A stretch of DNA of 63,724 bases, filler included, from Octopus bimaculoides (taxonomy: Eukaryota): the NCBI RefSeq assembly GCF_001194135.2. It is 5 parts of 4 records of this genome, joined end to end, with 100 filler letters (N's around TTAATTAATTAA, not from the genome) between each part and the next. Parts side by side here need not be neighbours in the genome. Positions count along the whole stretch, not along the records: positions 1 to 25,232 come from NC_068989.1; 4 more parts are not named here. One strand, given 5' to 3'. Below, piece by piece: positions 1-12,869 of this stretch. The position numbers were made by a program, and so were the translations under genes. How positions within the stretch are numbered: position 1 is the first letter of the stretch; each line of letters begins with the position of its first letter. The notes beneath the pieces are model-generated. The model was not told the DNA's origin and made no database searches. It was given only the letters and a program-made list of their open reading frames with translations.

Positions 1-189
1 ATATATACATACTATTGTGTCTAGGGAGAATCATTTTCTTTTTGTACCTTATAATTTAACACACTCGCCGGTAAAATTTCCACTTATTTCTTATTTTTAT
101 TTTCCTAAAATTTTCGTTGCGTCTTGCAACCTTTTCAATAGTCTTGACTCTGTCCATTATTTATACTGCGTTCCTTTTTGTCTGTTTGT

Positions 190-740
190 GCGCATGTGTG
201 TGAGTCAGTGTGTGTATGTGTGCGTGCGTGTGTGTGTGTGTGCCTATGCATGCATGTATGTATGTATGTATGTATGCATGTGTGTGGATGTATATGTGTG
301 TGTATGCATATGTATATATGTATGTATGTGTGTGTGCATCTGTATGTATGTATTCTGCATATTCATGTGCTTGCATGTCCGTGTTTGTGTATTTTTATGT
401 ATGTGCGTGTGTTTGTATATGTATGCACCTCTGTCACTTTGTGTGTGCATGTCTGAGGGTGTGTGTTTTGCAACTATATACCGTGTTTGTATGTATGGAA
501 TGGATGTGCATCTCCATATGTGTGGACACGTGTCTCCATATGTGTCCTTGTTTGAAGTAAAGTGTGTGTGTATATATGGTCATGTGTTTCAGTCTCCATT
601 TGCGTATGTGTGCTTGTCTGTTTATATAACCTATGTACCTATCCGCCTGTATGTTGATGTTTATTTTCATACTCATATGCTTGCATACATGTGCATATAC
701 ACATATATACATACACCCCCCACACATATATCTATCTGCA
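190..740. repeat. Degenerate (GT)/(ATGT)/(AT) low-complexity tract
   Basis: Visible in the sequence; explains the VCVCM/HTHT ORFs at 17-754. Confidence 0.9.
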
Positions 741-804
741 TAACAGCCCACTAAACTATTCTACTCTACATGTGTAAACTGTGGGTGTGGGGGTATGATA
801 CCTA

Positions 805-1925
805 CTATGTATATTTCCTATTTAGTATTGGGGAAGTTTCATTTATAAGGACATACTCCCGTATTTGTCTGAGTGTTGGGTCTTTTGGGTGCTTGGATAA
901 GATGAGGATGTCAAGTTGACCCCAGTTGCCTCCATGTTGGTCTTTGGTGTGTTGGTAGAGTATGGAGGACTAATTTTTGTCATCATATTATGTTCATTTA
1001 GTCGTTCTGCAATGCTCCTAGATATCTTCCCTATGTATGTCATGTTCATGTCTTTACAAGCACCTTCTAAGCATCTTACGCTGTAAATTACATTTCTAGT
1101 TCTACAGTTAATGCCAGGGCTAACCCTACATGCCATGCAACTATGTACCATTGGTGCATATGGTATTTTCAAAGGGGTACATCCTACATAGTTGTGATCT
1201 GACGGAGTTCCCTAGCTTTTCAACAATATTAATGTTGAGTTTGGTCTCCTTCAGAGCTTTTCTAAATCTACGGGCTAGTTCTCCAAGAGCTGTGGCCTCT
1301 ACAAACATCACTCCTTGATATTTATCAGTTTTATACCACGTGTTCACCCTGTTTGCTTTGTCACAGGTTCTTTGTATCCTATTCCAGTCTTTGTTTCAAT
1401 ATCTAGGGCAGGTACCACTGGTATCATTACGTATAATGTTATCTAATTTCTTTCTATCCTCCCTGTATACTCGAACCCTATCTTTCTGATCATATCCAGA
1501 GAACTGCATGCGGTGCATGAAGTTCTGTATGTTTTTTTCGTTTAATAGGGTTCGCATAGTGGGGACACATTGTTCATTATCCTAATTAAGTCTGCTATCA
1601 GTATGTTAATTTTCACGTTGTGTGACAAAGCTGAGTTCTTGTGAACAACATATTTTGAAGTTATAGGTTTCATGTAATAGGAGTTGGGAAGCTGCACTCT
1701 ATTCACAGTCTCTAACCAAAGTTCAGTATCAAGTACAGGGAGTCTATTGTGGGGTGCTTAGTGGGGTAATCTATAGTTACATTGATACTTTAGTGGATGG
1801 AGTTAGCTATTTGCTGGATACTCTCCATTACTTTCTTCTCAGTTTCTACACCACCGTCACTAGAGTTGGTCCTAACTATGATATTAATGTCATCTACATA
1901 TCTACTGTAGAGTAGAAGAGTTGTG
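805..1925 (-). mobile_element. Penelope-like element remnant (RT C-terminus plus GIY-YIG endonuclease), 5'-truncated and frameshifted
   Basis: Minus strand: LYSRYVDDINIIV (YVDD at 1889-1900), thumb region GVMFVEATALGELARRFRK, and CRTRNVIYSVRC...TYIGKISRSIAERLNEH (GIY-YIG signature). Confidence 0.9.
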
Positions 1926-2086
1926 GACGGTTTTGCTAACAATTGTTTAAGTTTTCTGTCCTACCAGGTCACGAAGAGGCCGGCCACATCTCCAGCTACA
2001 CCTTTTTCTTCATTCTTTTCTTAAACTTCCTTATTTATATCTCTGTATATGCAAAGCTGACGCATGTTTACGCGTTTGAATATAAT

Positions 2087-2464
2087 ATATCGTTACTATT
2101 ATGCAAAAATGTCGCAAGTCCAAAACGTTGCTTTGCCAGAAAACGAAAAAATAGTTTCACCATTCCATGTCTTTTGACATTAGGAACAGTTTCAGCTCAA
2201 TAATAATACTTTGTTGGGTGCATATATGAGTGTATGATATTTCCAGTTAGAAATATTTTTGCAAAACTGTCGTATGTGGGGCTTACTACACTTTTGAAAA
2301 ATGCCAAACCGTTGTACAACACTAACAATTTTCATCTGAAGCAGCTGGAGATATGATAGTTTGACCAAAAGAACCGGCTATTGCAAGCAAAATTAAATAT
2401 TGTAAAAAACAACGCATTTCGCCAAATTTGGACATACGACAGTTTAGCATAATAGTAACGATAT
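2087..2464. mobile_element. MITE-like element with about 40-bp imperfect terminal inverted repeats
   Basis: Left end ATATCGTTACTATTATGCAAAAATGTCGCAAGTCCAAA matches the reverse complement of the right end, ATATCGTTACTATTATGCTAAACTGTCGTATGTCCAAA. Confidence 0.7.
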
Positions 2465-3089
2465 GCACTTGTAAGCGTTTGCATATATATGTATGCGTGG
2501 ATGTTTCAATGAGATTGTATGTAGGTATAGTGCCATGATTGCGCGCATCTACATATGACTATGTATTTCCATTATTTTCAATTTATTTTAATATCACTTA
2601 TTTTTTATCTGATTTTTTAAACATCTGTCTTGCGATCTTACTTCACTATTAATTAATCTTTATCAATTAAATAATTATTTGCTGGACTCCACGCCCGCTC
2701 TTAACAAGATTTTTTTCTCGATCTTATAATATATTTATGTATACCTTACTGGTAATTATCAAACATCGCCCAAAAACGCAGCTGGTAATGAATATTATAC
2801 CATTATGTTTTGAAAATCAACTACCCAGTCAAATTTAAGTGCTTATTCGTGTATTTGAGTTACATTACATCACACTTTATTACATGTACCATCACAATTT
2901 TAATTCAGTTTTCATCACAACTGCCCAACGAAAGGGAACGTGAAACTCTGAGTAACAGTCTTTTGATAATTTTGCGGCTTTAATAAAAGCATATTACTCT
3001 ACCTTTGGTATTCGAGTACTATTTTCTCCACCTTGTTTTGCACTTAATCTCTACTTTGAGGAGATGATGTGTAAGTTATTGGATGATTT

Positions 3090-3520
3090 CTTCTAGGTTG
3101 TTATATGTATCAGCGTCTGGCAGATAATTAACCTTCGTTATGTTGGAAACATTGTGCGGTGATGTCCGGTGTCTGATTAACAAAGTCAGCTGAATCTCTT
3201 GTAAATTGCAATCAGGTATCAGTACCAAAAGGGTCCACATAACTGCAGCCACTTGAGAATCAGAGCAGGTGACCATACGATACCAAGGTGTCAAGCTAGA
3301 GAATGTCGACAAGTTCATGTAGTTGACATAATGGAAAATAGCAAGGAAATTTCTTTCCAACTTTCAAAATGATTCTGCCAGAATGTTACGACACCGTGAC
3401 AGTAACACAACTCTATTCTTACTTTGCATTATGCTACAGTGTACGACATTCTTCTACCCTACTGCAAAACACTGTTTCACAATCGAAGGAAGAACCTCCA
3501 CGGCAGGTATTCATAAATAT
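3090..3520 (+). mobile_element. Degraded RTE-type LINE RT fragment
   Basis: Frame-broken translation GISTKRV...TIRYQGVKLENVDKFM*L resembles the RTE-clade 'ISxKKT...LExVDxFxYLG' region. Confidence 0.5.
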
Positions 3521-5534
3521 TTGTTAACCTTAATGTCATTCGTGTCACATTAATCATTTGCTGGAATGAGAGATGATTGATGGCGTAATAGTCACACGCT
3601 AATTACAATAAGTTACATTAACCCGCTTGCGGGTATTATTTCTGAATGATTATCACAGTTTGTTTCCGCTGAAATTATCCCTACCCTTCACACACACACA
3701 CACACACACACACATAGAGACGGAGAGAGTGGGGAAACACGCTACCTACATGACGTTACCTACCTTTCTTTCAAGACGATTTTAAAGTAAGGAAATTTTT
3801 AACGCTGAAATAATTTCGTGACTATTTTGTTCACATTTGTTTCTGTCTTTATTTTTGTAGGAATTAAAATTTGCTGCAGTTACAAATTTAATTTATAATT
3901 GTTAGTTGTTCTATTTCGTAGACTACTGCTGAAGTAATTTTAGCTGATGCATGCATGAATTGAAATAAATTGATTTTCGTGACTTCTCAAAACCTCTAGT
4001 TTTCTTTCCAATTCTGATTAAAATCAAATTAACTGAAATTAGTGAATACAGTTTAGTATTGCTATTTTTTTTAGTACTTAAACTAATATTTTTTCAGTGG
4101 AAGATTAAATTCATTTGAGTAAACTTCATTATATTATTGATATATATTTAAAACTAGGTGCAACGAATTGAATACTGTAATTCATTAATCCCACTTTACT
4201 AATATCTATTGTATACGTTCCTCCTCTGGATAAATTATATTACCTCATTCAAAATGGATGAGTGATGTTCACCTAGAAATGAATTAATCTGCTCCAATCA
4301 AAGTGCTAATATTTTCGTAAGCCTAAATGGTTTCTTGGATCACCACGGAACGTTTCATCTCATGTAGTGTTGTTGTTGGTGTTTTCATGTAGACATATCC
4401 TATGAAGAACACTCATAAATAAAAAAATAATCCAGATGTGACTATTCAGTTTTACATTTTTTGAGGCATAGTCTTCTTTTTTTTTTAAGATGATAGGGCG
4501 TGATTTAAGAGATTTGTTTCGTGACTGTTTTATTCTCGTTCTTCTTTTTGTATTCTGCAGGAATTTAAAATTCTTGCAGTTTCATTTAACATCTCTTAAT
4601 TTGTTTATATAGAATTGTGCAACTGTATTTTTGACTGATGCATTCTTGAATTATTGGCGATGGATTTCCAAGGTTACTGATGTCATCTAATTAGCTAAAG
4701 TTGACGGTATCATAGGTTTGATTAAAAAAAAAACTATTGCATAGGGGACGTCACCCCTCAAATGTATGAAAACTGAAATGACAGAAGAGGCAGGCGAACC
4801 AATTCTCGAATCACTGGCTCAAAAGGTGTTGTGGTGATACACCTGTGTGTTTAAAAGATGGACTCGTCGGAACTCTTATAAAGAATGACGTTTATCGTTG
4901 ATGACAACAGAGGGCGTTTTGGAGTCTCGTGCAGCCATAGTAGAAGTACGTCGTGTGAAGACATTTCTTTTTTACTTCTGCTTCGTTAAATCATGTATCC
5001 AAACGTTAAGGATATAAAAGAAAGTACGATAGGTATGTAGCATTTTCAGAGCACTCTCTAGATGTAAATGAACTGATGGGTAGCTAGTTTGACAAGGTTT
5101 GGTAATTCATTGCGTACATAAGCTTAGCTGAGCATGAAGAACATTAGAAGACAACAGAAAAGCAATTGAGACGCTGGTCTTCCTGCAGCTGATTTGCAGC
5201 TCATCCAAATACTGTTTACAGAGTAGTAAAAATGAACTCCTCATGATAAGATTCGCTGATGATGATTGTAGTCCAAACCTTAATAGTTGGTGGGTGTTTA
5301 CTCTCGGATAATTTTTCTTTGTAAACTTGGAACAAAAAAACACTATCAACTAGGAGAATTTATAGAGGAAAGAGGAGAAAAAAATGATTAACATCATAGT
5401 AATATTTAAAACTAAATGAAAAGGTGAAAAACTTCATGAGAAAACCATCCAATGTTGTATTATGGTGGAAAGAAGCATCGAAAAGGAATGAAAATCGTAA
5501 TAGTTTCAATCCTTGACTCAATGTCAGAAATCTT

Positions 5535-6165
5535 AGGGACAGTAGTAAGTCAAGTACAATAACCTCAATACTTAACTGCTACTTTATTTTATCGACCCTG
5601 AAAGGATGAAAGACAAAATTTACCTCGTCGATATTTGAGCTCAGAACGTAAAGTACTGGAAAATTGCTGCCCAGCATTTTGTCCGAAGGTGCTAACGATT
5701 CTGTCTGCTCGTCGCCTTTGAAGTGAGAATCATAAATACAATAATTCTTACTACTATACGGCCAGAAATTTTGTGGGGTGGGCCTGCTCAATTACATTGA
5801 CTTCAGTGCACACCTAGTTCTTATTTTATCGACATCGAAAGGATAAAAGTTAAAGTCGACCTCGGCGGAATTTGAACTCAACACGCTAAGCATTTTGTCT
5901 GGCGAGCTAACAATTCTGCCAACTCGCCGCCTTAATAATGATAATAATAATAGTCCTTTCTACTAAAGGCACAAGATCTGAATTTTGTTGGAGAGGACTA
6001 GTTGATTATATCGACCCCAGTGTTTCATTGGTACTTAATTTATTGATCCCGAATGATGTAGGGTGAAGCCGACCTCGGCGGAATTTGAATTCAGAACATA
6101 AAAACGGACGAAATGCCGTTAAGTATTTTGCCCGGCGTGTTAATGATTCTGCCTGATCGCTGCCA
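5535..6165 (-). mobile_element. Three head-to-tail copies of tRNA-derived SINE family A (about 5535-5717, 5761-5932, 5955-6164)
   Basis: Each carries the reverse complement of GGCGGCGAGCTGGCAGAA...GAGTTCAAATTCCGCCGAGGTCGACTTTGCCTTTCATCCTTTCG (A/B boxes plus a central segment resembling the Deu/Nin SINE domain). Confidence 0.85.
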
Positions 6166-6196
6166 TAATAATAATAATAAAAATAAAAATAATAAC

Positions 6197-6232
<36 letters not shown>

Positions 6233-6234
6233 CT

Positions 6235-6740
6235 TTATCTCTAATTCTGTATATTCTTTCCAGCATTATTCTTATGCTTTTGTTCTGCAATTCTCCTCTT
6301 CTCAATCTACCAACTTGTCCTAAAAGACTGCAGAGATCTTACTACCCATAAGTTGGACCTGTTCCCTTCGCATTTCTGTGAGTTAGGGACCATGATTCTC
6401 TCCAGGAGACAGGTGAGCGTCAGTTGGTCCCATATCTTCGTCCAAATATTTCTCTGGACTTAAGTCCCGATTCGCGGTTCATTCGCCTTCGTCCCTGGCG
6501 AGACCTATCAACCGCAGTTTTAAACCAGCGTGTTCCTTCTCCTAGATAGACTGTCAACCAAGGCTCACGAGTTCTGTTTACCTGTTTTCTTAATGGCCAT
6601 TGACTCTTCTGAGCTCCTCTCCCCTTTGCCAAGCTTTGCTTTTAATCCAGCAGGGTGTCGAAAATTCACCCTCCTCATCAAGCAAGCTTAGTGGGGTTGC
6701 CGGTTTAGTCGCCGACGATTCGACTGTTTCACAACGCCAC
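6235..6740 (-). mobile_element. 5' UTR and ORF N-terminus of an RLE-type (R4/Dong-like) LINE, inverted relative to the adjacent 3' part
   Basis: The minus strand has the leader motif ACTCGT-NNN-CCTTGG...GAGAAGGA.CAC.CTG.TTT shared with 13091-13142, followed by ...LLGQVGRLRRGELQNKSIRIMLERI, similar to the N-terminus seen at 13450-13570. Confidence 0.55.
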
Positions 6741-6749
6741 TTGTTAATC

Positions 6750-7390
6750 ATTCTGAAACCATTGCCCATATCACGAACGAATGCCCTAGAATTGCCCAAA
6801 ACCACTACAAGTGGCGACACGACCAGGTAGCGAAAATGCTACATTGGACACTGCGCGAAAAGTAGGGGCTAGAGAGAGGCAAGATGTGGTATGAGCACAA
6901 ACCACAGAGAGTGGCAGAGTCGGAGACTGGCAAAATCTCCTGGGATTTCCTAATCCAAGCCAATCAGGTGCTAGAGCATAACAGACCGGACACAGTGGTG
7001 GTAGACAAGGTGCACCACATATGCTATATAGTTGACGTTGCATACCCCTTTGACCCACGAATAGTCAAGAAGGAAGATAGATAAATACAACCTTCTTAAG
7101 TACGAAATAGCTCAGTTATGGAAAATGAAGGTGAAGATAGTTCCAGTTATTGTGGATCCTTTGGAACAGTATCAGAAGGTACAAGGGGAATATAAAGGAA
7201 ATTGGAATAGAGTTCCCAGTAGAACTGTTACAAAAGGTTTGCTTCCTTGGCACGGGCAGAATAATCAGGAAAGTATTTGATAGCTGAAAAGAACGAATAA
7301 CATGGTACCGTAGGCTGCAGGTAGTAAGCCCGCAACGCAAGCAAGGCACCAGGAGCTCCAAAAAAAAAACCTGTGATAAAGAGCAAAATA
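6750..7390 (+). mobile_element. RLE-type (R4/Dong-like) non-LTR retrotransposon 3' fragment
   Basis: ETIAHITNECPRIAQNHYKWRHDQVAKMLHW...WYEHKPQRVAESETGKISWDFLIQANQVLEHNRPDTVVVDKVHHICYIVDVAYPFD (zinc-knuckle, RHD and PD-(D/E)xK endonuclease motifs), then a 3' UTR ending in AAT repeats. Confidence 0.9.
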
Positions 7391-7399
7391 TAATTATAA

Positions 7400-7619
7400 T
7401 AATCCTTTCTACTATGGGCACAAGGCCTGAAATTTTTGGAGAAGGGGGGGCCAGTCGATTAGATTTACCCCAGTACTCAACTGGTACTTAATTTATCGAC
7501 TCCGAAAGGATGAAAGGCAAAGTAGAGCTCGCCGGAATTTGAACTTAGAACGTAAAGACGGACGAAATACTGCTAAGCATTTTGCCCGGCGTGCTAACGA
7601 TTCTACCGGCTCGCTGCCT
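7400..7619 (-). mobile_element. SINE family A, full-length copy
   Basis: Matches the family A head and body; lies tail-to-tail with the preceding LINE. Confidence 0.85.
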
Positions 7620-7623
7620 TATG

Positions 7624-7657
<34 letters not shown>

Positions 7658-7661
7658 TATC

Positions 7662-7739
<78 letters not shown>

Positions 7740-7827
7740 AATAATAATATTAATAATAATAATAATAATGATAATAATAATATTAATAATAATAATAATA
7801 ATGATAATAATAATATTAATAATAATG

Positions 7828-7863
<36 letters not shown>

Positions 7864-7965
7864 TTAATAATAATAATAATGATGACGATGATGATGATGA
7901 TGATGATGATGATGATAATAATAATGATAATAATAATGATAATAATAATAATAATAACAATAATT
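7620..7965. repeat. Compound (AAT)n/(GAT)n microsatellite
   Basis: Visible; source of the poly-N/D/I/L ORFs. Confidence 0.95.
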
Positions 7966-8296
7966 CCGGCGAAGGTGTTAGTTGATTACATCGAGCCTAG
8001 TACTCAACTCTCTTTATATAACATGCAATTTCTTTCATTTTGTTTAAAACTTCGTTTTCTAATGTTTACTTTTATTTTATGATACGCAGCTATCACGCAC
8101 AAATCCTGTTTTCTGACTGGACAAACATTAAAACTCTGTAACATCTTTTCTAAAGTTTTTCTGGAATAAATGAATCTCTAGATTGGATTTAGCGTGAAAA
8201 AGTACATCAACATACCAACTTTGAAAATTTTCACTTAATTTTTGAATTTCAAAATCTGAGACAGCAAGAGAGAAGATCTCTCTCTCGCTCTATGCG

Positions 8297-8352
<56 letters not shown>

Positions 8353-9849
8353 GGTTTAGAACTCAGTGAATTTTATAAAACTGTAACCAGGAGCAGATAT
8401 AAATTCAGAGAATTACATTATAAATCAAACTTTAGAAAATAAAAATGCCAGAAAGATGAAAATAATTACACATGGATTTATTAAAATAAACATAATACAA
8501 ACAGAAATATAAGATGGAAACACAAAACAAGCCTGGTTATATAAACAATGTAGAAAAAATACAAGAATCATATGATCAAGGACGAATAAAAGAAAAAATG
8601 GAACACATAACTTAAAACTTAAAATACATTGAATGTATAAGTGCAAGATATTTTGTTCAATGGCTTAACGATTCTGTCAAATAATAATATTACAGACCCA
8701 ACAAATACAAAATAGGTTGAAATGCTGACGGCTGTGAGAAAGAAAAAGCCACTGTAGAAACGGATGTAAAAATGTCGATTGTGGTGATAATAAAGAGTAG
8801 GAAGTATGATATTTACATCTGGATCTTTCTCACTGTTATATTCATATTAAGTTTCCCTGAATGAGACCATCCTTTTATTTCTTTGTCACTCTTTGGCTCC
8901 CACTTTCTCTCTTGTTACTGCGTCTTGCTTCTATAAGACAATCTCTCTCCATCTCACCATTTGTGTAACAATATATAACTTCGCATTGCATCAGGCTATT
9001 CAATGTCATTTACCATTATTCCTTCATAGATAACTTTAACTCGCCTCCTCTCTTATTCCATTATTTACTCCTTTATCACTCATTACTGACAGGGATCATT
9101 TTCTCTCCCCATCACTCGCCCTTCCTTCTTCTCAAAACAACACAAAAACGAAGCCCCGAAAGGTACAGTTCGCATCCTGCGCAAAACGCTTTATTAATTT
9201 AGTAGCACTGTTCAAATAGTACAATCCATTCATACAACACGTATTTTATACAATCTCAATTTAATAACATAACACAACTCACCCTACAGTTGACTCTAAG
9301 GAGCCATCATCAACAATAATACAAACAAAACCACTTTCCGATAAACGTACGCAGCAATTATTCTTATGCAACTGATACAGAATACTATATCAGCCTATTC
9401 TCAACAGTTTCTACTCACTAATGTAATCCATATTCAATACAATCACCATACAACACTAAAAAGCATAGCGTCAATGATACGGCAGATACAAGGTACAAAT
9501 ACTACCCAACAAAGAAATACAAATCACACTAAGTATTCTACACAACAGAAACACTAAACGCCAGAATCAACAAGATACACCTTTTAACAAAGGAAAAAAT
9601 GATGGAGCACCCGTACACAAATGTTCATATTAAAATACAATGCTGCAAATATAACGGGACCCTAATGTACATATGGTGATGCAGTAGAAATTTGCAAGAA
9701 GCTATTAAAAACGCAATGACGATGACGATGTTGAAGATGGATTCTGATTTAGGCACAACGCCAACAATTCTAAAAGTAGGGCGTTGGTCGATGTTATCCA
9801 AGTCAATTCTTGACCAGAAGGAACTTTTTGTAGTGGTCCAACTCGCCAA

Positions 9850-9884
9850 CAACAAACAACAACAGCAGCAGCGACAGCAGCAAT

Positions 9885-9939
<55 letters not shown>

Positions 9940-9945
9940 TCAACA
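9850..9945. repeat. (AAC)n/(CAG) microsatellite
   Basis: Visible in the sequence. Confidence 0.9.
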
Positions 9946-10885
9946 TTATGCTGAAGCAGAGGAAAGCAGTTTAGGTTGGTATGTAAAATAGGCTGCGGAA
10001 CCGTGGCTGATAGATGTGAAGAAGTCCGGCATCATCAAAATTAATAATTGTCTTAAGAGAAATTTAAAGAGGAAAGGAACAACTCGAAAAAAGAAATTGC
10101 ATGTAAAGGGAAAAAAATATACGGTCAGTTTGCAGGAGATTCGAGCTCCAAGACAAGTATAAAAGATGTGGAGGAGTGACCTGAAGATGGATATAGAAGC
10201 ACTTATATGCGCGGCACAAGAACAAGAATGGAGGACAAACTATGTGAGGTGCAGAATTGGTAACACAACCGAGAGCGAGAACTAGAGAGTGTGTGGTGAG
10301 AAGAATGAAACAGTATGACACATTGTTAGTGAATGTCCAATATTGGCACAACGCAAATACAAAAGATGACATGACAATGTAGCAAAAAAGATCCACTTGG
10401 AGCTCAGCGAAAATTATGGCCTGGAAAGATTAAAGACTTGGTATGACTAAACTCCAGAGGGTGTTACTAAGATTGAGGACTGCAAAATCCCGAGGGATGC
10501 AATGATTCAGTGTGACTGTTAGATTGGGCATCGGAAACCTGACGTTGTCGTGAACAGAAAAAGATACAAACATGCATGATAACCGATATAGATTGTCCCG
10601 GTGATAACAAGGTCAAAGAGAAAGAAGAAAAGTGAACAACTACGACGAATTGAAGTGGGAAATATGCAGGTTGTAGTCAATGAGGAAAGTAAACGGGACA
10701 CCATTATTGATTGGCGCAATCAGCACTCTACCAAAGTGGCTCAAAAAGAAAGATTTGTACAAATGTAAAGATAGAACACCAACAAAAATTCACATTGCTA
10801 GAAACTGCAAAAATTCTCTGCAGGATTTTTGAAGTATGACCAGTAAAAAAATGTCACCTCTTCAATAACAACAACAACAACAATA
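9946..10885 (+). mobile_element. R4/Dong-like LINE 3' fragment, degraded
   Basis: ALICAAQEQ...TNYVRCRI...VCGEKNETV*HIVSECPILAQRKYKR*HDNVAKKIH...KPDVVV; ends in AAC/AAT repeats. Confidence 0.85.
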
Positions 10886-11237
10886 ATAACTGTCTCTCTT
10901 ACTCTATCTCTTCCTTGCCCATCCTAGATAAATCTTCTCTAACACAGTAGCAAATACACCTCTATTTTGGACAAGCACAACTTCAACACTAGGTGAGAAT
11001 TCATTTTCCCCCTCTGAAGACATAACTTTGCTATTCCTGAATAACAATGCTCACTGAAACCAGCCGGATTTAGGAGCTCTAATGGTAAATATATGTGCAA
11101 GCGATCGTGTAGTTAGAACGAACTTATTTCTTTTTATTTTTCGAAAAGTTTAATGTTTAAAATTCTGTATAGCAACTCTCTCTCTCTCTCTCTCTCTCTC
11201 TCGATCTTAGTTATAATTCGATCGTTTCTCTTTCTTA

Positions 11238-11610
11238 CTTTTAGTCATCCAAAGCCATTTTTTTCTCTGTTTGTCTTCAACATCCCTATGAAATTGTCCA
11301 GGCATTCGTTTCTTTATCCACGTATTTACAGTTTCATTTATTCTCAAGTGCTTGTACAGTGCTTTATCTTTGCAATCTTCCATCCAACACCAACCTGACC
11401 TTCTTACTTCCAATAATAACGGTTCTGTGGCATTTTTTACATACCATGCTATGTAGTTTTCTTCTGCTCTAATGCTGTGCTTGCATCCAATCAGTCCTCT
11501 TCCCCCTCTGTTTCTTGGTACATATAGTCTGTCCGTGTCAATGTGTAGTAGTCCAGTTCTGTGTTAGAGTTCCAGTTTTATCAGACATTTTTTCTTCACA
11601 ATCTTTTTTC
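11238..11610 (-). mobile_element. R4/Dong-like LINE internal fragment (post-RT region), inverted
   Basis: Minus strand: HIDTDRLYVPRNRGGRGLIGCKHSIRAEENYIAWYVKNATEPLL...WIKKRMPGQFHRDVEDKQRKKWLWMTKS. Confidence 0.85.
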
Positions 11611-11732
11611 AATGGAGTTTATATATTTTTCACTGTGTATATTATTTATTACTGTGTGTAGTTCAGTTCCTTACTCTTTTACTTGTTTCAGTCATTTGAC
11701 TGCGGCCATGCTGGAGCACCGCCTTTAGTCGA

Positions 11733-12345
11733 GACAACCAGAAAGTGATAAGTGCAGAATTTGTGGACTACATGGTGAAACCGTATGGCATATTACCAGT
11801 CAATGTACGTCACTAGCCCAGAAAGATTATAAGAGATGTCATGACAATATAGCAAGGATTGACCTTTAGACACTCTGCAACAAGTATGGACCTGACAGAG
11901 CAAAAATGTGGTATAACATAAACCTGAAGGCAATTATCGAAAATGATAATGCAAAGATCCTATGGGATTTTATGATTCAATGCGACCATGAGATAGAGAA
12001 TATGAAATCAACATTGTCTTAATTGAGAAAAAAAAGCAAACGATGCTGGATCATAGATATAGCATGCCCGGCTGACCACAAGGTATGCGATGAGGAACAA
12101 AGAAAAGTCAATAGAAAAAACAGGTTAGCTTGGGAAGTTAAGCAGTTATGTAAACATCTTGAGAAGTACATGGAACAAATAGGGGCTGCAATAAGAGTGG
12201 AGCACTTGCAGAAAACAGCACTGCTTGGAACTGCTCGAATACTCCGGATGGTGCTCGAAAAATAAGGGTTATTACCTTAGTTCACTGGTAGTGAAAAGCT
12301 GACACCGTAGTACATCTCCAGCGTTAGAAGCTGTGCAAAGACAAT
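11733..12345 (+). mobile_element. R4/Dong-like LINE 3' fragment
   Basis: ESDKCRICGLHGETVWHITSQCTSLAQKDYKR.HDNIAR...KILWDFMIQCDH...CWIIDIACPADHKV...EHLQKTALLGTARILRMVLEK*, then a 3' UTR and (AAT)n. Confidence 0.9.
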
Positions 12346-12355
12346 ATAATAATAG

Positions 12356-12445
<90 letters not shown>

Positions 12446-12460
12446 TAATAATAATAATAT
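12346..12460. repeat. (AAT)n tract at the LINE 3' junction
   Basis: Visible in the sequence. Confidence 0.95.
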
Positions 12461-12869
12461 TAGTGGTTATAGTTTTATTGGTGGTAGTAATTGTAATATT
12501 AGAAATAATATTATTTAGATGCCCTCCTCTCCACATGTATGTATAAGCTTTAATTCCTACTAGTGTGACCTTATCCATCTGGGGGCCTACTGTTTCCATA
12601 TACAAGGAATAAACAGAAGTCCAAGCAACCGAACCAATCCGGCGATTATGTTCTAACATTAAAAGCCTCAATAATGCCTTGGTAGTGTTGACTATAAATA
12701 TTAGAGTGATAGTAACGATGATGGAGGTGATAATTGCAATTATGGTGGTAGTGAAAGTGTTGACATTAATGATAATTAATAATGGTATGAATATTGTTGA
12801 TACTAGTGGTAATGGCAGTAACTGTGGCAATGATAATTATAGTAACAATGATAATGGAGATGGTAATAA

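Noticed and set aside
17-754. Long ORFs rich in VC/HT/YI/LS/RE or poly-N/I/L (here and throughout, e.g. 7539-8082, 12324-12830, 58886-59599)
   Set aside because: Translations of microsatellites; no domain content.
5118-5211. 94-nt AG/GT-bounded minus segment matching the recalled length of STARD5 exon 5
   Set aside because: Has a stop in the required phase, and the open frame has no START motifs.
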